Assembly: GCA_964016885.1 (NCBI GenBank)
Contig: OZ024740.1
Coordinates: 235,662,001-235,726,000, forward strand
Direction: 5' to 3'
From: Eledone cirrhosa
Taxonomy: Eukaryota
Length of the DNA: 64,000 nt
The translations under genes and the position numbers were made by a program. Of this stretch, positions 38,708-53,849 are shown one piece after another (the stretch's first letter is position 1; every line of letters starts with the position of its first letter). The notes under the pieces were generated by a model, which ran no database searches, had not been told where the DNA came from, and worked only from the letters and a program-made list of their open reading frames with translations.

Positions 38708-41116
38708 TCATCATCATCATCATCATCACCGTTTTACGTCTGTTCTTCCATGCTAGCATGGGTTAGACGGGTTGTCCTGTTGTGGGCAGTGTCTGGTCGG
38801 CTGACCATGCCTTGCTCATACAGGAACTGATTTGGGCTTGATTTCTACAGCTGGATGCCCTTCCTAACACCAACCTCATTTACAGTGAGTGCTGGGTGCT
38901 TTTTTTGCCGTGGCGCCTACACGTCCACTTTACAGTATGGGCTGGGTGCTTTTTTGCCATGGCACCTCCACGACCACCTTGCAGTGGGAGGGTGTGGGGG
39001 CATATTGTCTATATGATTCAGCTTGTACCCATGGGAGGTCGGGTACTCTGTATTACTGCATGACGCCAGAGGTCACGGTCGTTGAGAGGTGTAATTGGGT
39101 AAGGTCGGCTTTTATCACCTCATCCCAGGTCTTCTTGGGTCTCCCCACTCCGCGGTTTCCATTGACTTCTAGTGTTCTGCACCTTTTTATGCAGCTGTCA
39201 TCCTTCATACGCATCGCATCTCCATACCAACGCAACCGCCTCTCCTGCACACAGCATTTGATTCCTCTTATGCTCAGTCTCTCTCTCAATTCATTTATGC
39301 TTTGTCGTTCGTGTATATTACTATTACACATCCATCGGAGCATGCAGGCTTCGTTTCTCTCTAATCTACGTAAGTCTTCCACCTTCAGCGCCCAGGTCTC
39401 ACTACCATGTAACATTGCTGTTCAGATACACGCATCATACAGTCTGCCTTTCATTTTGAGGGAGAAGCCTTTTGCAGCTAGCAGTGGCAGTAGTTCCCTG
39501 AACTTCTTCCATCCCGTTCTTACCCTAGTTATTGTACTTTCTGAACACCCACCTCCACTGCTAATTTGGTCACCTAGGTAACAGAAGCTGTCTACTGCTT
39601 CTACAGAGCCCTCCCAGAGATTGGTGGTACTTGTTTCCTGTGGCTGTTTGCTGTTTGCTGTCTCAGCACAGCTGCTGCATGTGAAGCATACATACTTAAT
39701 TAAGCTTCCTGAGATCCCGCTACATCTCTTGTGTACCCATTGTTTGCATTAGAGGCAGAGAATGGAGTTCCTACCTACACCTTTCCTACATACTGAGCAA
39801 GGCCATTTCCCTGAGGGGATCTGGGTTCTGTTTTCTCGTCTACTTACAAAAACTTTAGACTTTGTCATGTTGACTTTGAGACCCCTTCTTTCTAGTCCCT
39901 GCTTCCAAGTTTGGAATTTCTTCTCTAGTTCTACCATAGATTCAGCTATGAGTGCGAGGTCATCAGCATACAGGAGTTCCCATGGGCATCCGGTCTTAAA
40001 CTCCTCCGTTATTGCCTGCAGGACTATGATGAACATGAGAGGGCTAAGAACAGAGCCCTGGTGGACACCAACCTGTATGCTAAATTCCTCACTATACTCA
40101 TTGCTAATCCTAACTTTGCTGACTGCTCCCCTATACATGGCTTGTACAGCTTTCACAAGCCATTCATCTACTCCTAGTTTTCTATGAGCCCACCAGATTA
40201 CCGCACGTGGAACTCTGTCAAAGGCTTTCTCGAGATCGACGAATGTGGGGTAGAGTGGCTTACTTTTAGCTAGGTACTTTTCCTGTAACTGCTTCACAAG
40301 GAAGAGGGCATCAGTGGTGCCTCTTTCTGGTACAAACCCAAATTGCATCTCATCTAGTTTCACCCGGTCCCTAATCAACTGTGCTATAACTCTTTCTGTT
40401 ACTTTCATGACCTGGTCCATCAGCTTTATACCTCTATAGTTTCCTCTATCTAGTGCATCACCTTTACCTTTGTAGCAGTTGACAATGATGGTACTGCGCC
40501 AATCTTTTGGTATGACACCTTCTAGTATTACCTGGTTAACAATACGTGTGGTTATAGTGTGACCTACAGACCCAGTTGCCTTCAGCATCTCAGCAGTTAT
40601 ACCCGATGGACCGGTTGCCTTCCCTATCTTCATATCTTTGATTGCCTTACTTACTACGCTGCATTCTTCCCATGCATTCTCCTCATTTAGTAATCTATCA
40701 TAATGGCTCTTCCATGCATCTTTCTTCTCAGCACTTGTGAGAGCAAGCTCACCTTTATCATTCCGGATACACTTCTCTCCAATGACATCACAATTCTCTC
40801 TGACACACTGCCTCGCAATCTTGAACACCTCCTGTTTCAGGTCCTGACGTTGCAAAACATGCTTGAATTTTCTATCCTCTGCTTCCCTCCTAGCTAAGTA
40901 TACTTGTCGCCTAGCTTCCCTCTTGGTCTCTATGTAATGTACCCTGCTCCCCCCGTTCTTCCATTCTTTCCATGCCTGTCTCTTGGCCTTAACTGCCTCA
41001 TCTACCTTATTGTTCCACCACCAAGTCACTCTCCTCTTGCTTGTGGTCTTACTCCAGCCACAGATCTCATCCGTCGCCTCTAGTAAGTTATTTTTTAGGA
41101 ACTCCCAGTGCTCTTC

Positions 41117-41120
<4 letters not shown>
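38708..41120 (-). mobile_element. 5'-truncated RTE-clade LINE, copy 1 (RT pseudogene: stop at 39749 and an apparent short internal deletion)
   Basis: GKATGPSGI, NYRGIKL, QFGF, FVDLEKAFDRVP, GVHQGSVLSP and LLYADD motifs; PHD-like insert; ~330-bp 3'UTR and (ATG)n tail; both ends abut (TA)n. Confidence 0.95.
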
Positions 41121-41197
<77 letters not shown>

Positions 41198-41199
<2 letters not shown>

Positions 41200-41419
41200 T
41201 CATCATCATCATCAACGTTTAACGTCCGTGTTCCACGCTTGCATGGGTTTGGACGGGGGTAGTCCCACTTGAGGCAAGAGTGATTGTCTTGCTCGCATAG
41301 GACTGTCTGGCAGGTTTTCTACAGTTGGATGCCCTTCCTAACACCAACCACATTTACAGTGTGGGTCTGGGAGGTTTTTACCGTGTTGCCTACACGGCCA
41401 CATTACAGCGTGGACTGTG

Positions 41420-41425
<6 letters not shown>
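41198..41425 (-). mobile_element. Short RTE-related 3' fragment/SINE of a sister subfamily
   Basis: (CAT)n tail and GGATGCCCTTCCTAACACCAACC core; flanked by (TA)n. Confidence 0.75.
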
Positions 41426-41464
<39 letters not shown>

Positions 41465-41467
<3 letters not shown>

Positions 41468-43221
41468 TCATCATCACCGTTTTACGTCCGTTCTTCCACG
41501 CTAGCATGGGTTAGACGGGTTGTCCTGTTGTGGGCAGTGTCTGGTCGGCTGACCATGCCTTGCTCATACAGGAACTGATCTGGCTTGATTTCTACAGCTG
41601 GATGCCCTTCCTAACACCAACCTCATTTACAGTGAGTGCTGGGTGCTTTTTCGTGGCGCCTACACGTCCACTTTACAGTGTGGGCTGGGTGCTTTTTTGC
41701 CGTGGCACCTCCACGACCACCTTGCGGTGGGGGGGGGGGGGGCATATTGTTTATATGCTTCAGCATGTACCCATGGGAGGTCGGGTACCCTGTATTACTG
41801 CGTGACGCCAGAAGTCACGGTCGTGTGTCATTGACTTTGAGAGGTGTAGTTGGGTAAGGTCGGCTTTTATCACCTCATCCCAAGTCATCTTGGGTCTCCC
41901 CACTCCGCGGTTTCCATCAACTTCTAGTGCTCTGCACCTTTTTATGCAGCTGTCATCCTTCATACGCATCACATGTCCATACCAGCGTAACCGCCTCTCC
42001 TGCACGCAGCATTTGATTCCTCTTATGCTCAGTCTCTCTCTCAATTCATTTATGCTTTGTCGTTCACGTATATTACTGTTACACATCCATCGGAGCATGC
42101 AGGCTTCGTTTCTCTCTAATCTACGTAAGTCTTCCACCTTCAGCGCCCAGGTCTCACTACCATGCAACATCGCTGTTCGGATACACGCATCATACAGTCT
42201 GCCTTTCATTCTGAGGGAGAAGCCTTTTGCAGCTAGCAGTGGTAGTAGTTCCCTAAACTTCTTCCATCCCGTTCTTACCCTAGTTATTGTACTTTCTGAG
42301 CACCCACCTCCGTTGCTAATTCGGTCACCTAGGTAGCAGAAGCTGTCTACTGTTTCTACAGGGCCCTCCCAGAGATTGGTGGTACTTGTTTCCTGTGGCT
42401 GTTTGCTTGCTGTTTCAGCACAGCTGCTGCATGTGAATCCTACATTCTTAATTAAGCTTCCTGAGATCCCGCTACATCTCTTGTGTACCCATTGTTTGCA
42501 TTTGGGGCAAAGAATGGAGTTCCTACCTACACCTTTCCTACATACTGAGCAAGGCCATTTCCCTGAGGGGATCTGGGTTCTGTTTTCTCGTCTACTTATA
42601 AGGACCTTAGTCTTTGTCATGTTGACTTTGAGGCCCTTTCTCTCTAGTCCCTGCTTCCAGGTTTGGAATTTATTCTCTAGTTCTACCATAGATTCAGCTA
42701 TGAGTGCGAGGTCATCAGCATACAGGAGTTCCCATGGGCATCCGGTCTTAAACTCCTCCGTTATTGCCTGCAGGACTATGATGAACAGGAGAGGGCTAAG
42801 AACAGAGCCCTGGTGGACCCCAACCTGTACGCTAAATTCCTCGCTATACTCATTGCCAATCCTAACTTTGCTGACTGCTCCCCTATACATGGCTTGTACC
42901 GCTTTCACAAGCCATTCATCTACTCCTAGTTTTCTAAGAGCCCACCAGATTACTGCACGTGGAACTCTGTCAAAGGCTTTCTCAAGGTCGACAAATGCCA
43001 AGTAGAGTGGCTTACTTTTAGCTAGGTACTTTTCCTGTAATTGCCTCACAAGGAAGAGCGCATCAGTGGTGCCTTTCCCTGGAACAAACCCAAATTGCAT
43101 CTCGTCTATATTCACCCGGTCCCTAATCAGCTGTGCTATAACTCTTTCTGTTACTTTCATGACCTGGTCCATCAACTTTATACCTCTATAGTTTCCTCTA
43201 TCTAGTGCATCGCCTTTACCT
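41465..43221 (-). mobile_element. 5'-truncated RTE-clade LINE, copy 2
   Basis: Highly similar to copy 1; uninterrupted frame; tail and 5' break both next to TA-rich tracts. Confidence 0.95.
41760..43175 (-). CDS. RTE ORF C-terminal part (RT with in-frame C4HC3 PHD finger, thumb/C-terminus); N-terminus lost by truncation
   Basis: 471-aa open frame containing LLYADD, CSVC..CPKC..HKRC..CSSC, FCYLG, LHGSETW and RLRWYGHV. Confidence 0.85.
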   Translation of the reverse strand: MMDQVMKVTERVIAQLIRDRVNIDEMQFGFVPGKGTTDALFLVRQLQEKYLAKSKPLYLAFVDLEKAFDRVPRAVIWWALRKLGVDEWLVKAVQAMYRGAVSKVRIGNEYSEEFSVQVGVHQGSVLSPLLFIIVLQAITEEFKTGCPWELLYADDLALIAESMVELENKFQTWKQGLERKGLKVNMTKTKVLISRRENRTQIPSGKWPCSVCRKGVGRNSILCPKCKQWVHKRCSGISGSLIKNVGFTCSSCAETASKQPQETSTTNLWEGPVETVDSFCYLGDRISNGGGCSESTITRVRTGWKKFRELLPLLAAKGFSLRMKGRLYDACIRTAMLHGSETWALKVEDLRRLERNEACMLRWMCNSNIRERQSINELRERLSIRGIKCCVQERRLRWYGHVMRMKDDSCIKRCRALEVDGNRGVGRPKMTWDEVIKADLTQLHLSKSMTHDRDFWRHAVIQGTRPPMGTC

Positions 43222-43245
43222 TATATATTGTATATATATATGTGT

Positions 43246-43289
<44 letters not shown>

Positions 43290-43439
43290 ACAGACTGACA
43301 GATATTCAGCTCACCCATAGCAACATAGAATTTGAATATAAAATGATGTTGATGATTATTATAATCTACTGTTTTCGTTTTTACAAGTATAATTGAATAC
43401 ATCATCATCATCATCGCCATCATCATCATCGTCGTCATC

Positions 43440-43735
43440 ATCATCATCATCATTGGAAGGGTGGGACGGTTCCTATTCAGCATTGTGCTTGTCACGGTCC
43501 TTCGTCATCTTCTCCGTGAGTTTTAGCAATCTGAGGTCTGCTCACACCACCTCAGACCATGTTTTTTGTGGTCTTCTTCTACTGCGTCTTCCTTCTACTG
43601 GGATTTCTTGGCACTTCTTTACCCAGTGGTCATCCTCCATGCGCATCATATGTCCATACCATCTCAGTCTTCTCTCCTGCACACCACAACTTATCCCTCT
43701 TCCCAGTTCCTCTTTCAACTCATCTTGGCTTGGTG
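43440..43735 (-). mobile_element. RTE (short-3'UTR family) 3' fragment
   Basis: QERRLRWYGHMMRMEDDHWVKKC...RPQKTW. Confidence 0.8.
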
Positions 43736-43794
43736 ATACATATAAATATGTATCAATACACCCACTCACAAAGACACACACTCATATATATTAT

Positions 43795-44130
43795 ATAGAG
43801 GCTAGAAAAAAGCGAGTTTAGTATGCTCCGGATGTGTGATGAGTGACATAGCAGAAGCAAACTGAGGGGAAAAACTTGGTATAAGAGGAACTGGATGTAG
43901 TGTGCAAGAGAGATAACTGTGTTGATATGGATATGTGATGTCCATGGAAGATGATAGATACATAAAGAAATGCAGAGAAATCCCAGTGGTTGGGACCCCT
44001 GGAAGAGGCAGACCCAGGTAGACATTGGGTGAGGCTGTGAAGATTGACCTTAAAAAAACTAAACTGTACAACAGAAATGACTAAGGACTGTGAGGGCTGG
44101 CACTATTCTGTGCTGAAGAAAACCTGAAGA
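43795..44130 (+). mobile_element. Decayed RTE 3' fragment
   Basis: Similar to the C-terminus of the RTE copies, with stops. Confidence 0.7.
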
Positions 44131-44639
44131 CCTGACCTACTACATGCAATGTGGCCTGACCTATCCCCATACCTGTGACCCTTCCACTAGCACTCACTTA
44201 GATCTATTCTCAACATCACTACACTACCCTCATCGCACACGCCCTAAGCCCCCCCCCCTCCCATCAGCACCCACTCGTAGCCTTTTCCCCCTTAAGTCTC
44301 TAGAACTTCCTTGCTATCATACTCTAGTAGCCACTCTGATCACTCTTATACACCCCACCCATGTTCCCTCCACTAGCAGCTATCCTCATCATCTCTACAT
44401 GTCCCCTTCCTGTATTCATCCCTTAGCTTCTAACCCCCCACCCCCACCAAAATAGAAACTCCTAGATATCCACACTAGCAGCTACTCCTTGCACCCCACT
44501 TATTCCCCCAACACTCAGTCCTTAGCTATATCTCCCCATCACTATACCTACTGTGTCAAACACTGTGTGTTCTCATCTCCAAGAGAAAGAGAGAGAGAGA
44601 GAGAGAAAACAATTAAATAAAATGGAGTGGGGTTGAGAG

Positions 44640-45245
44640 GACCCTTCAGTCATGCCACAGTATGGCAACCTCCCTAGTGTTGGTGGCCTACATGGTAAAC
44701 ATACCCACTACATGCTGTAAAGGGGTTAGTGATAGGAAGGGGTTAGTGATAGGAAGGGGTTAGTGATAGGAAGGGGTTAGTGATAGGAAGGACATCCAGC
44801 TGTAGAAAGCTTGCCAAATAAAGGGTTGGGCACAGCATCCCTAGTGTTGGTGGCCTACATGATAAACATACCCACTACATGCTGTAAAGGGGTTGGTGAT
44901 AGGAAGGGCATCCAGCTGTAGAAAGCTTGCCAAATAAAGGTTTGGGAGGACCCTTATGTCATGTCAAGGATATGACAGCATCCCTAGTGTTGGTGGCCTA
45001 CATGATAAACATACCCACTACATGTTGTAAAGGGGTTGGTGATAGGAAGGGCATCCAGCTGTAGAAAGCTTGCCAAATAAAGGGTTGGGAGGACCCTTAT
45101 GTCATGTCAAGGATATGACAGCATCCCTAGTGTTGGTGGCCTACATGATAAACATACCCAGTACATGCTGTAAAGGGGTTGGTGATAGGAAGGACATCCA
45201 GCTGTAGAAAGCTTGCCAAATGAGGGATTTGGAGGGTCCTCAGTT
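44640..45245 (+). repeat. 143-bp tandem repeat (about 4 units) derived from the SINE/RTE 3' module, with nested (GGGGTTAGTGATAGGAA)x4
   Basis: TCCCTAGTGTTGGTGGCC at 44671, 44838, 44981 and 45124. Confidence 0.9.
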
Positions 45246-45609
45246 GTGTGAAAGTAGCCCTGTTTTAGTATTGATTTGGTCTATATAGACCCATTCAATC
45301 CTTGTTAGCAGGGAAATCAGATGTTAAAATGCCAATGATGATGATGATGATGATGAAATACACATATATTGCATGCATATATACATACATATATACAAAA
45401 ATATACACACATGCTCACATGCGTGTATATGTGTGTTAAGGAGTGTTTACATTGTTACTGTCATGATATAATAGCAGTTATGTCATTGATATATAATTTG
45501 AACATATATATATATGCATGTCTATACATATATATGTATGTATACATACTTATATATTTTTATCTGTATGTGTATGTGTTAGCATATATTTATTTATGTA
45601 AAATATAAT

Positions 45610-47950
<2,341 letters not shown>

Positions 47951-48407
47951 ATACACACACACATTTATATATATATTCCATACATACACAAATGCAAGTA
48001 CGCATGATTTCTAATTGCCGTTAATATGAAATAATGATGGATAAATGCAATTATGTCTGTGAGTGTGTGTGTGTGTGTGTGTGTGGGTGTTTGTATAGCG
48101 GGGTGTGTACATGGTTCTTTGTGTGTGTATGGACTTAAATGTATTGTGTATTCTTCAGAGGGAAATAGAGGGAGGGAGAATAACTGCAACAGTATGTATG
48201 TTTGTATGCATGCACATGCAATGGTGGGAGGAAGTGGTGAGAATGAAAATGAGAAGGGAAATTGTGGTTAGTGGGGGTGGGGGGTGGGGGGTTGTGAATA
48301 TCTCAATTGTGTGTGTTTTAAGTTAATATCCTCATCTGTTATTGAAGAGTTCTAATCCAGTTTTGTCTTTAACTGAATTGCTTATAGAATTTCTGAAGTT
48401 TAAATAC

Positions 48408-48590
48408 TTGTTTCTACTTTAGGCACAAGGCCAGCAATTACCCAGTGCATTACTGGTACTTTATTTTATCGACCCCGTAAGGATGAAAGGCAAAGTCAAC
48501 CTCGGCGGGATTTGAACTCAGATCGTAAAGGGACGTAACTATGCTGGAAAGCATGGCGTCCGACCCTCTACTGATACTGCCAATCCACCG
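48408..48590 (-). mobile_element. SINE family A (young) with 8-bp TSD
   Basis: TAAATACT at 48401-48408 and 48591-48598. Confidence 0.88.
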
Positions 48591-49060
48591 TAAATACTGC
48601 CATGTTTACTATTGCCTTATTGCTACCACTCTATTGGTCAATTTCACTTCTTATTCTTCATCTCAAGCTTCTTTGTTATATCTTGCTACTATTTTCAAAT
48701 GTGGTAGTTATTGTTATTATTGGTATTTAGCCCCAGGTAAGTTCTGAATGTGCTAACTTTTAATCAAAGTTCATACCATCTTTATATCAAGCAGAATATC
48801 TAGAATTATTATTCAATGTAGTATTTTGACATTCTCACTGGCCACTGAGACAGCAGTAACATAATCACAGCTTAAAACATTCACAATGAGACTCTCATTT
48901 GTTTATTATACATAAATATGTAGTATATGCTTTCATATACACCTTTATTATGAACCACACTGTGTTAGTACTACTGCTAATTAATCCTAGCCAGTCAAGT
49001 ACACACTGTATGCAATGAGCATTTTCAGCTGATGTTTCATATGTGGAAAACCATATAAGC

Positions 49061-49558
49061 CAGGGATTTCCAAAGTGGTTGATATCAACCCCCTGGGGAT
49101 TGATGAAACTCTTCAAGGGGTCGATAAATGCCTGGGTGTCTAAAGGGAGTCAATAAATGCCAGGGGTCAATTGAATTTTTGGGGTCGAATGCTGACATTT
49201 GTATAGAAGTAAAAATACATAAAATGCAATTTGCTGATACACATTTTTAATCGGCAACTATAATAATAGCCAAGGTGTGTTTATATATTTGGTGTCATGC
49301 AAAGTAAGAAATATCTATGTGATGATTGTTTGTTTCCCTATATTTCATAAGACATATTCACAGGTGAAGGTATACAGAACAACAGTTTTACTGAGAATGG
49401 TATGCAGTTTCCCATAGTGATGTATATTGAAAGCAGAGCTTGGTATACAGTTTCCCACATGGAAACTGCACATCTACTTAATTATTATTATTAATTTATA
49501 TTTTTACATGCCTGGGGCCAATGAGGGATCAAGGATTCCATGAATTTGGGGACCCCTG
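49061..49558. mobile_element. hAT-family non-autonomous element
   Basis: Imperfect TIRs CAGGGATTTCCAAA / TTTGGGGACCCCTG; 8-bp flanks ATATAAGC and ATATAGAC. Confidence 0.7.
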
Positions 49559-49695
49559 ATATAGACTTTAGCTTTAGCTTATTTTCAGCTCAGAATGTCT
49601 CAAATGAAAGATAAAAATCCAGAAATAACTTACATACTGATAGGTAAACTGGGCTGACAGTTAAGTGACTTGGTCATGAATACAACACAGTGAAC

Positions 49696-49912
49696 TACCG
49701 TTTTTACTCAAATATAAGCTGAGGAATATGGGACCAAAAAATCGATGGTAGAAAGGGCAGTTGGCTTATATTCAGGGTCAGTATTTTCATGATTTTCATC
49801 AACTACAAATTCTATGAAAATAAAGTTTGGATTTTTGCACATTTCTCAGACATAAAATAGTGAGGTTGGCTTACTTATATTTGTATCAGCTTATATTCAA
49901 GTATACACAGTA
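49696..49912. mobile_element. pogo/Tc2-like MITE
   Basis: TACCGTTTTTACTCAAATATAAGCTG ... CAGCTTATATTCAAGTATACACAGTA; inverse of the 33216 copy. Confidence 0.7.
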
Positions 49913-50543
49913 TATCATATGGTGGTACTTACATACAAATAGGTAGACTGAGCTACTGATATTTAAGTGTCTTGTTCATGGAATCAGTACAGTGAAATAT
50001 AACACCATGTGGTACCCACATACATCTATGTAGACCAGACTCCTTACAGTAAAATCCCTTGACCATGGATAGAGTGCAGTAAAACAATACCACACTTTTA
50101 CCTATTTACATATGGATAGACTGCTGCTGACATTTGAGTGTCTTGGTCATGGAGACAGTACAGTGAACAATGCAGTTGTAATGTCTACAGGAAAATTCAC
50201 TAACAGCAATTTACCAACCAAAAATTCACTGATTAGCAAATTCATATACAAGCAACTGGCCAATTAATATATTCATCAATGACAAATTATTAATCAACAT
50301 CATAATTTCAACAAAGAGCTAAAAAAATAAATAATAAATACTTATTACTTACAAAATTTATTCTATAAATGTAAAAGCATTGATAAAACTATGAAAGGAT
50401 TTCTGAAATGAAATATTATTCGTTAAATCTATTAACCATTTAATTACCATATTTCTAATGAAATAAATTGCCTATCATATTCAAATAATTTTGAAAATAA
50501 CCACTGACTTGAAGGGATTTAGCACTTCTAATTTTCCCACCCC

Positions 50544-50749
50544 AACACTTTAGCATTTACATTACTCTATATATACCATTGTATTTTCATGGTAAACACA
50601 TTGCCTCACATAATTATCTTACATATCAAATCTACGAGATTTTGATATTATTTATTTTGAGAACAGTATAAGCTGCTGGTTACAGCCAGTTTGAATAGAA
50701 AGAGGTGAGAGAATTCTGGCTAGATGTGACTGGTTTAAATGCCAAAGGG
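50544..50749. mobile_element. piggyBac-like MITE, second copy
   Basis: Reverse-complement similarity to 12486-12693; AAGGG|TTAA end. Confidence 0.65.
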
Positions 50750-51222
50750 TTAAACTGGATTTTAGAACATAACTAAACAAAAGTTCTTATATGGAATTAT
50801 GATGGATGGTTTTTAGAATAAAATAAACATATTTGTATCATGTAACTAGGAGCAGTTTCAGGTGGTTTGCTATCAAAGGTGTTAGATATAGAATATTTAA
50901 ACTTATTAGGTTCACATGTTGCTTCTTTTTTTCTTTTGGCATTGTCACAAGTTATGTGTCTTTTCAACGGAGGCTCTTGCTTATTGGTGATTTGCTGGTT
51001 GCTGTTGGTAAATTTTATGCACATGTGTAGTACCTACTAACAACTAGATGCACTAACCAGTTAAAGGTCTTTGTCATGTACACAGAATGCTGAACTTTTG
51101 TACAAAGGCTAGCTGAAAAGATCATAAGCTGACCAATATACTCTCGTGCAATGACCAAATGAGGTTTATTTATCAACATAGTCCCTGGAAAGAAATAATG
51201 CAGTTATTAATAAGAAAAGTTT

Positions 51223-51430
51223 GGGCAGTGAATTAGCAGTATTGATAGAGTGTCAGACACATAGAGTTATGGTTCTTTGCATTCCGAGTTCAGATCCTGC
51301 TGGGGTTAGCTTTGCCTTTCATCTTTGCGGGGTCGATAAAATAAGGCATCAGTAATGCACTGGTGTCGATTTAATCGACTTTCTCCCCTCTCCAAATTGC
51401 TGCCCGTGTGCCTATAGTAGAAATCATTAC
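51223..51430 (+). mobile_element. SINE family A, older variant
   Basis: Box B and body motifs. Confidence 0.8.
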
Positions 51431-52859
51431 TAAGAAGAACCGAAATTAATGCATGCAAGATTTCACAGTCCAACCTTAACTAAGAAGACTGGGCTAAAGG
51501 GTCTTAGCAATAGACACACTGCTCTGCTGATAACAAATGATTAACTGTCAACTGTATTAATTCAATGAAATAAATATCAGTATTATCATCATCATTTAAT
51601 GTTTGATTTTCCATGTTGGAATGAGTTGGATGGATTATCATAGATAAAGTCAGTACTTAATCAAAGCTAGTCCTACTATACAGGTCAGAGGTGATGTCTA
51701 TTACATTTCTGTTTTGGCATGGTTTATATTATAGAGAGAAAGAGAGATTGTGTGAGAGATTGCATGACATTCTTTTAAGAGATAAAAAAAATTAAATACA
51801 CTTCTGAGAGAAGGGGACTAAGACAATACATCTGAACAAATGACACACTGTATCAGGTAATTAATTGGAAAGAGCATAAAGAATACCACATGACCAACCT
51901 ACTAGAGAAAAAGAAGGTTGTTTTATGATATGTCATAGTTGTAATACTAATTTATTGTTTGTTGATATTTAATGTGTGTGTGTATGTAAAGTGGCGGTGT
52001 TGGTGGCATGATAAAATGCACCCAGTACACACTGTAAAGTGGTTGGCATTAAGAAGAGCATCTAGCTATATAAACCATGCCAAGGATGGAACATATGAGC
52101 AAGATGTAGTTTCCTGACACATCTTGTCTCAGAAACGGTTAACTTGTCCATTATTAAAAATGAACATAAAAGGATGATGATGACATTATTATTGACCTCT
52201 GAGGTAGAAGCCACACTTCATATCGACTCTCTAAAAAATTTCTGAACTTTTAATTTTTTCACCGACCTTAATTTTTTGTTCAAGTTTTAAACTTGACAAA
52301 AGTTTAAGGAAACTAATCTGCTAGTTACTTGTGGGGTTGTTGAATTTGGAGAGACACCCGTCCTGGAGTGTCATCAAAGTAAAAAAATGTTATTCCAACA
52401 CAATTTTTTGAAAAACAAAATATTGGATATCGGGTCTAAAAAGAGACTGAGTGATAATACATCGCAAAGAGGGATGGAAAGCAATTCAACATCTAAAATA
52501 CAAACGTTGATGTATGTTAGTATTTGTGAAAAATGTTAGTATTTGTTAGTATTTGTTAGATGGATGTTAGTATTTGTTAGTATTTGTGAAAATTAACAAA
52601 ATTGTATTGTTACTTTAAACAATACAGTTTCAGACATCAAAGAAAGCTTTTCAAACTTGGACTACAGCAACATGAACAGCAGCAACATAAACAGCAACAC
52701 AGATAACAAAAAGAACAACAACAACAGTGACAGCAACCACAACAAAACAGAGTCGATCATTTGTAAAAGTCTGAACAACAACAGCAGCAACAATGAACCA
52801 GTTAAGATATCTTTCGCTAGTGCTATGAAATTCCCCTTCCAAAGAGTAACTTACTCTGA

Positions 52860-53820
52860 GGAATAAGCACAACAGGCTGGTGGAAAGAACCAGCCCTATT
52901 GTCAGCCTCTATTACCCCTGTTGGCACCATCCAATTCGTTTGTTAGATGTATTTATCCCCCCAGCTCATCTCCTTAACAGAGCTACAGTCCTGGGTCAAG
53001 CAAAGACTGAGAGTGAGCTCTTGGAGATGGAATGTCTTCAAATGCTCACAGCCCTCTGCCAGTCAATCAGTACAATCGGTGGAGACTCCACCTTGGTGTT
53101 CTATAGAGGGTTAATGGAGGGTAAGTGCGACAATGTTCTTGGGGAGACTCTGAGCATCAACAACAATCAACTAACCAATCTTTTCCAGAGAACTTTCAGT
53201 CCAGGGCTGATGGATAACTTTCAGAAATCTCTGGCCTAGCGCTGTTACCAGAGAGCTTTGCCAGTTTGAAATAAACTCTACAGGCATGGAAATGTCATTA
53301 GCCAAGCATTCTTAGATGTGTGCAGGGCAAGGAAACTATCCAGCATGAATTCATTCTTTGCCCAAGCATTGCTGACCTGTGAGTTTATGTCGAACACCTG
53401 CTGTTGTATGTAGTATGGATCTGACTATCAACTGAATCCATTATGAACATCACCCCACTGCCTTCCTTTAACCAGGAAGGGCAGGCAGTTTTTATATGCT
53501 TGGTGGCTATGGCAAAAGTGGTTGTATCGTGGACATGATTGAAGGGACTGAAAACAAATCTTTTCCTTTTAGGTGAATCCACATTGTTTAAAATATCACT
53601 GTCATGTTATTGTAACCCCGCTCCCCTTGATGTTTCCTCCCTATTGAGTAATACTCATTGTTAATATTTCTATTGTTTACTCCCTGTATTAAATCTGTTT
53701 ACATGCAAAACCCACTCATATACACACACACACTCTATGTTTTGTCCTGTGCCTGTTTTAATGTTTTTCTTGATATGAACCGTTTGTGGTTAATAAAGAA
53801 ATTATCATTAATATTATTAA
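52860..53820 (+). pseudogene. L1/Tx1-like LINE ORF2 3' fragment 1
   Basis: RTFSPGLMDNFQKSLA and a decayed CCHC region; ends AATAAAGAAATTATCATT; homologous to 59278-60105. Confidence 0.7.
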
Positions 53821-53849
53821 CCCCCCCCCTTCCTTTCGCCCTCTTCCTT

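Noticed and set aside
39749-41215. 488-aa ORF as a functional gene starting MMMMMMIYIY
   Set aside because: The N-terminus is read through ATG/TA microsatellites; the rest is a truncated RTE with a premature stop.
38889-43005. Long plus-strand ORFs (230, 141, 148, 209 aa)
   Set aside because: Antisense shadows of the RTE coding frame.
44722-44790. Telomere-like GGGGTTAG repeats
   Set aside because: The unit is a 17-mer derived from the SINE core, not TTAGGG.
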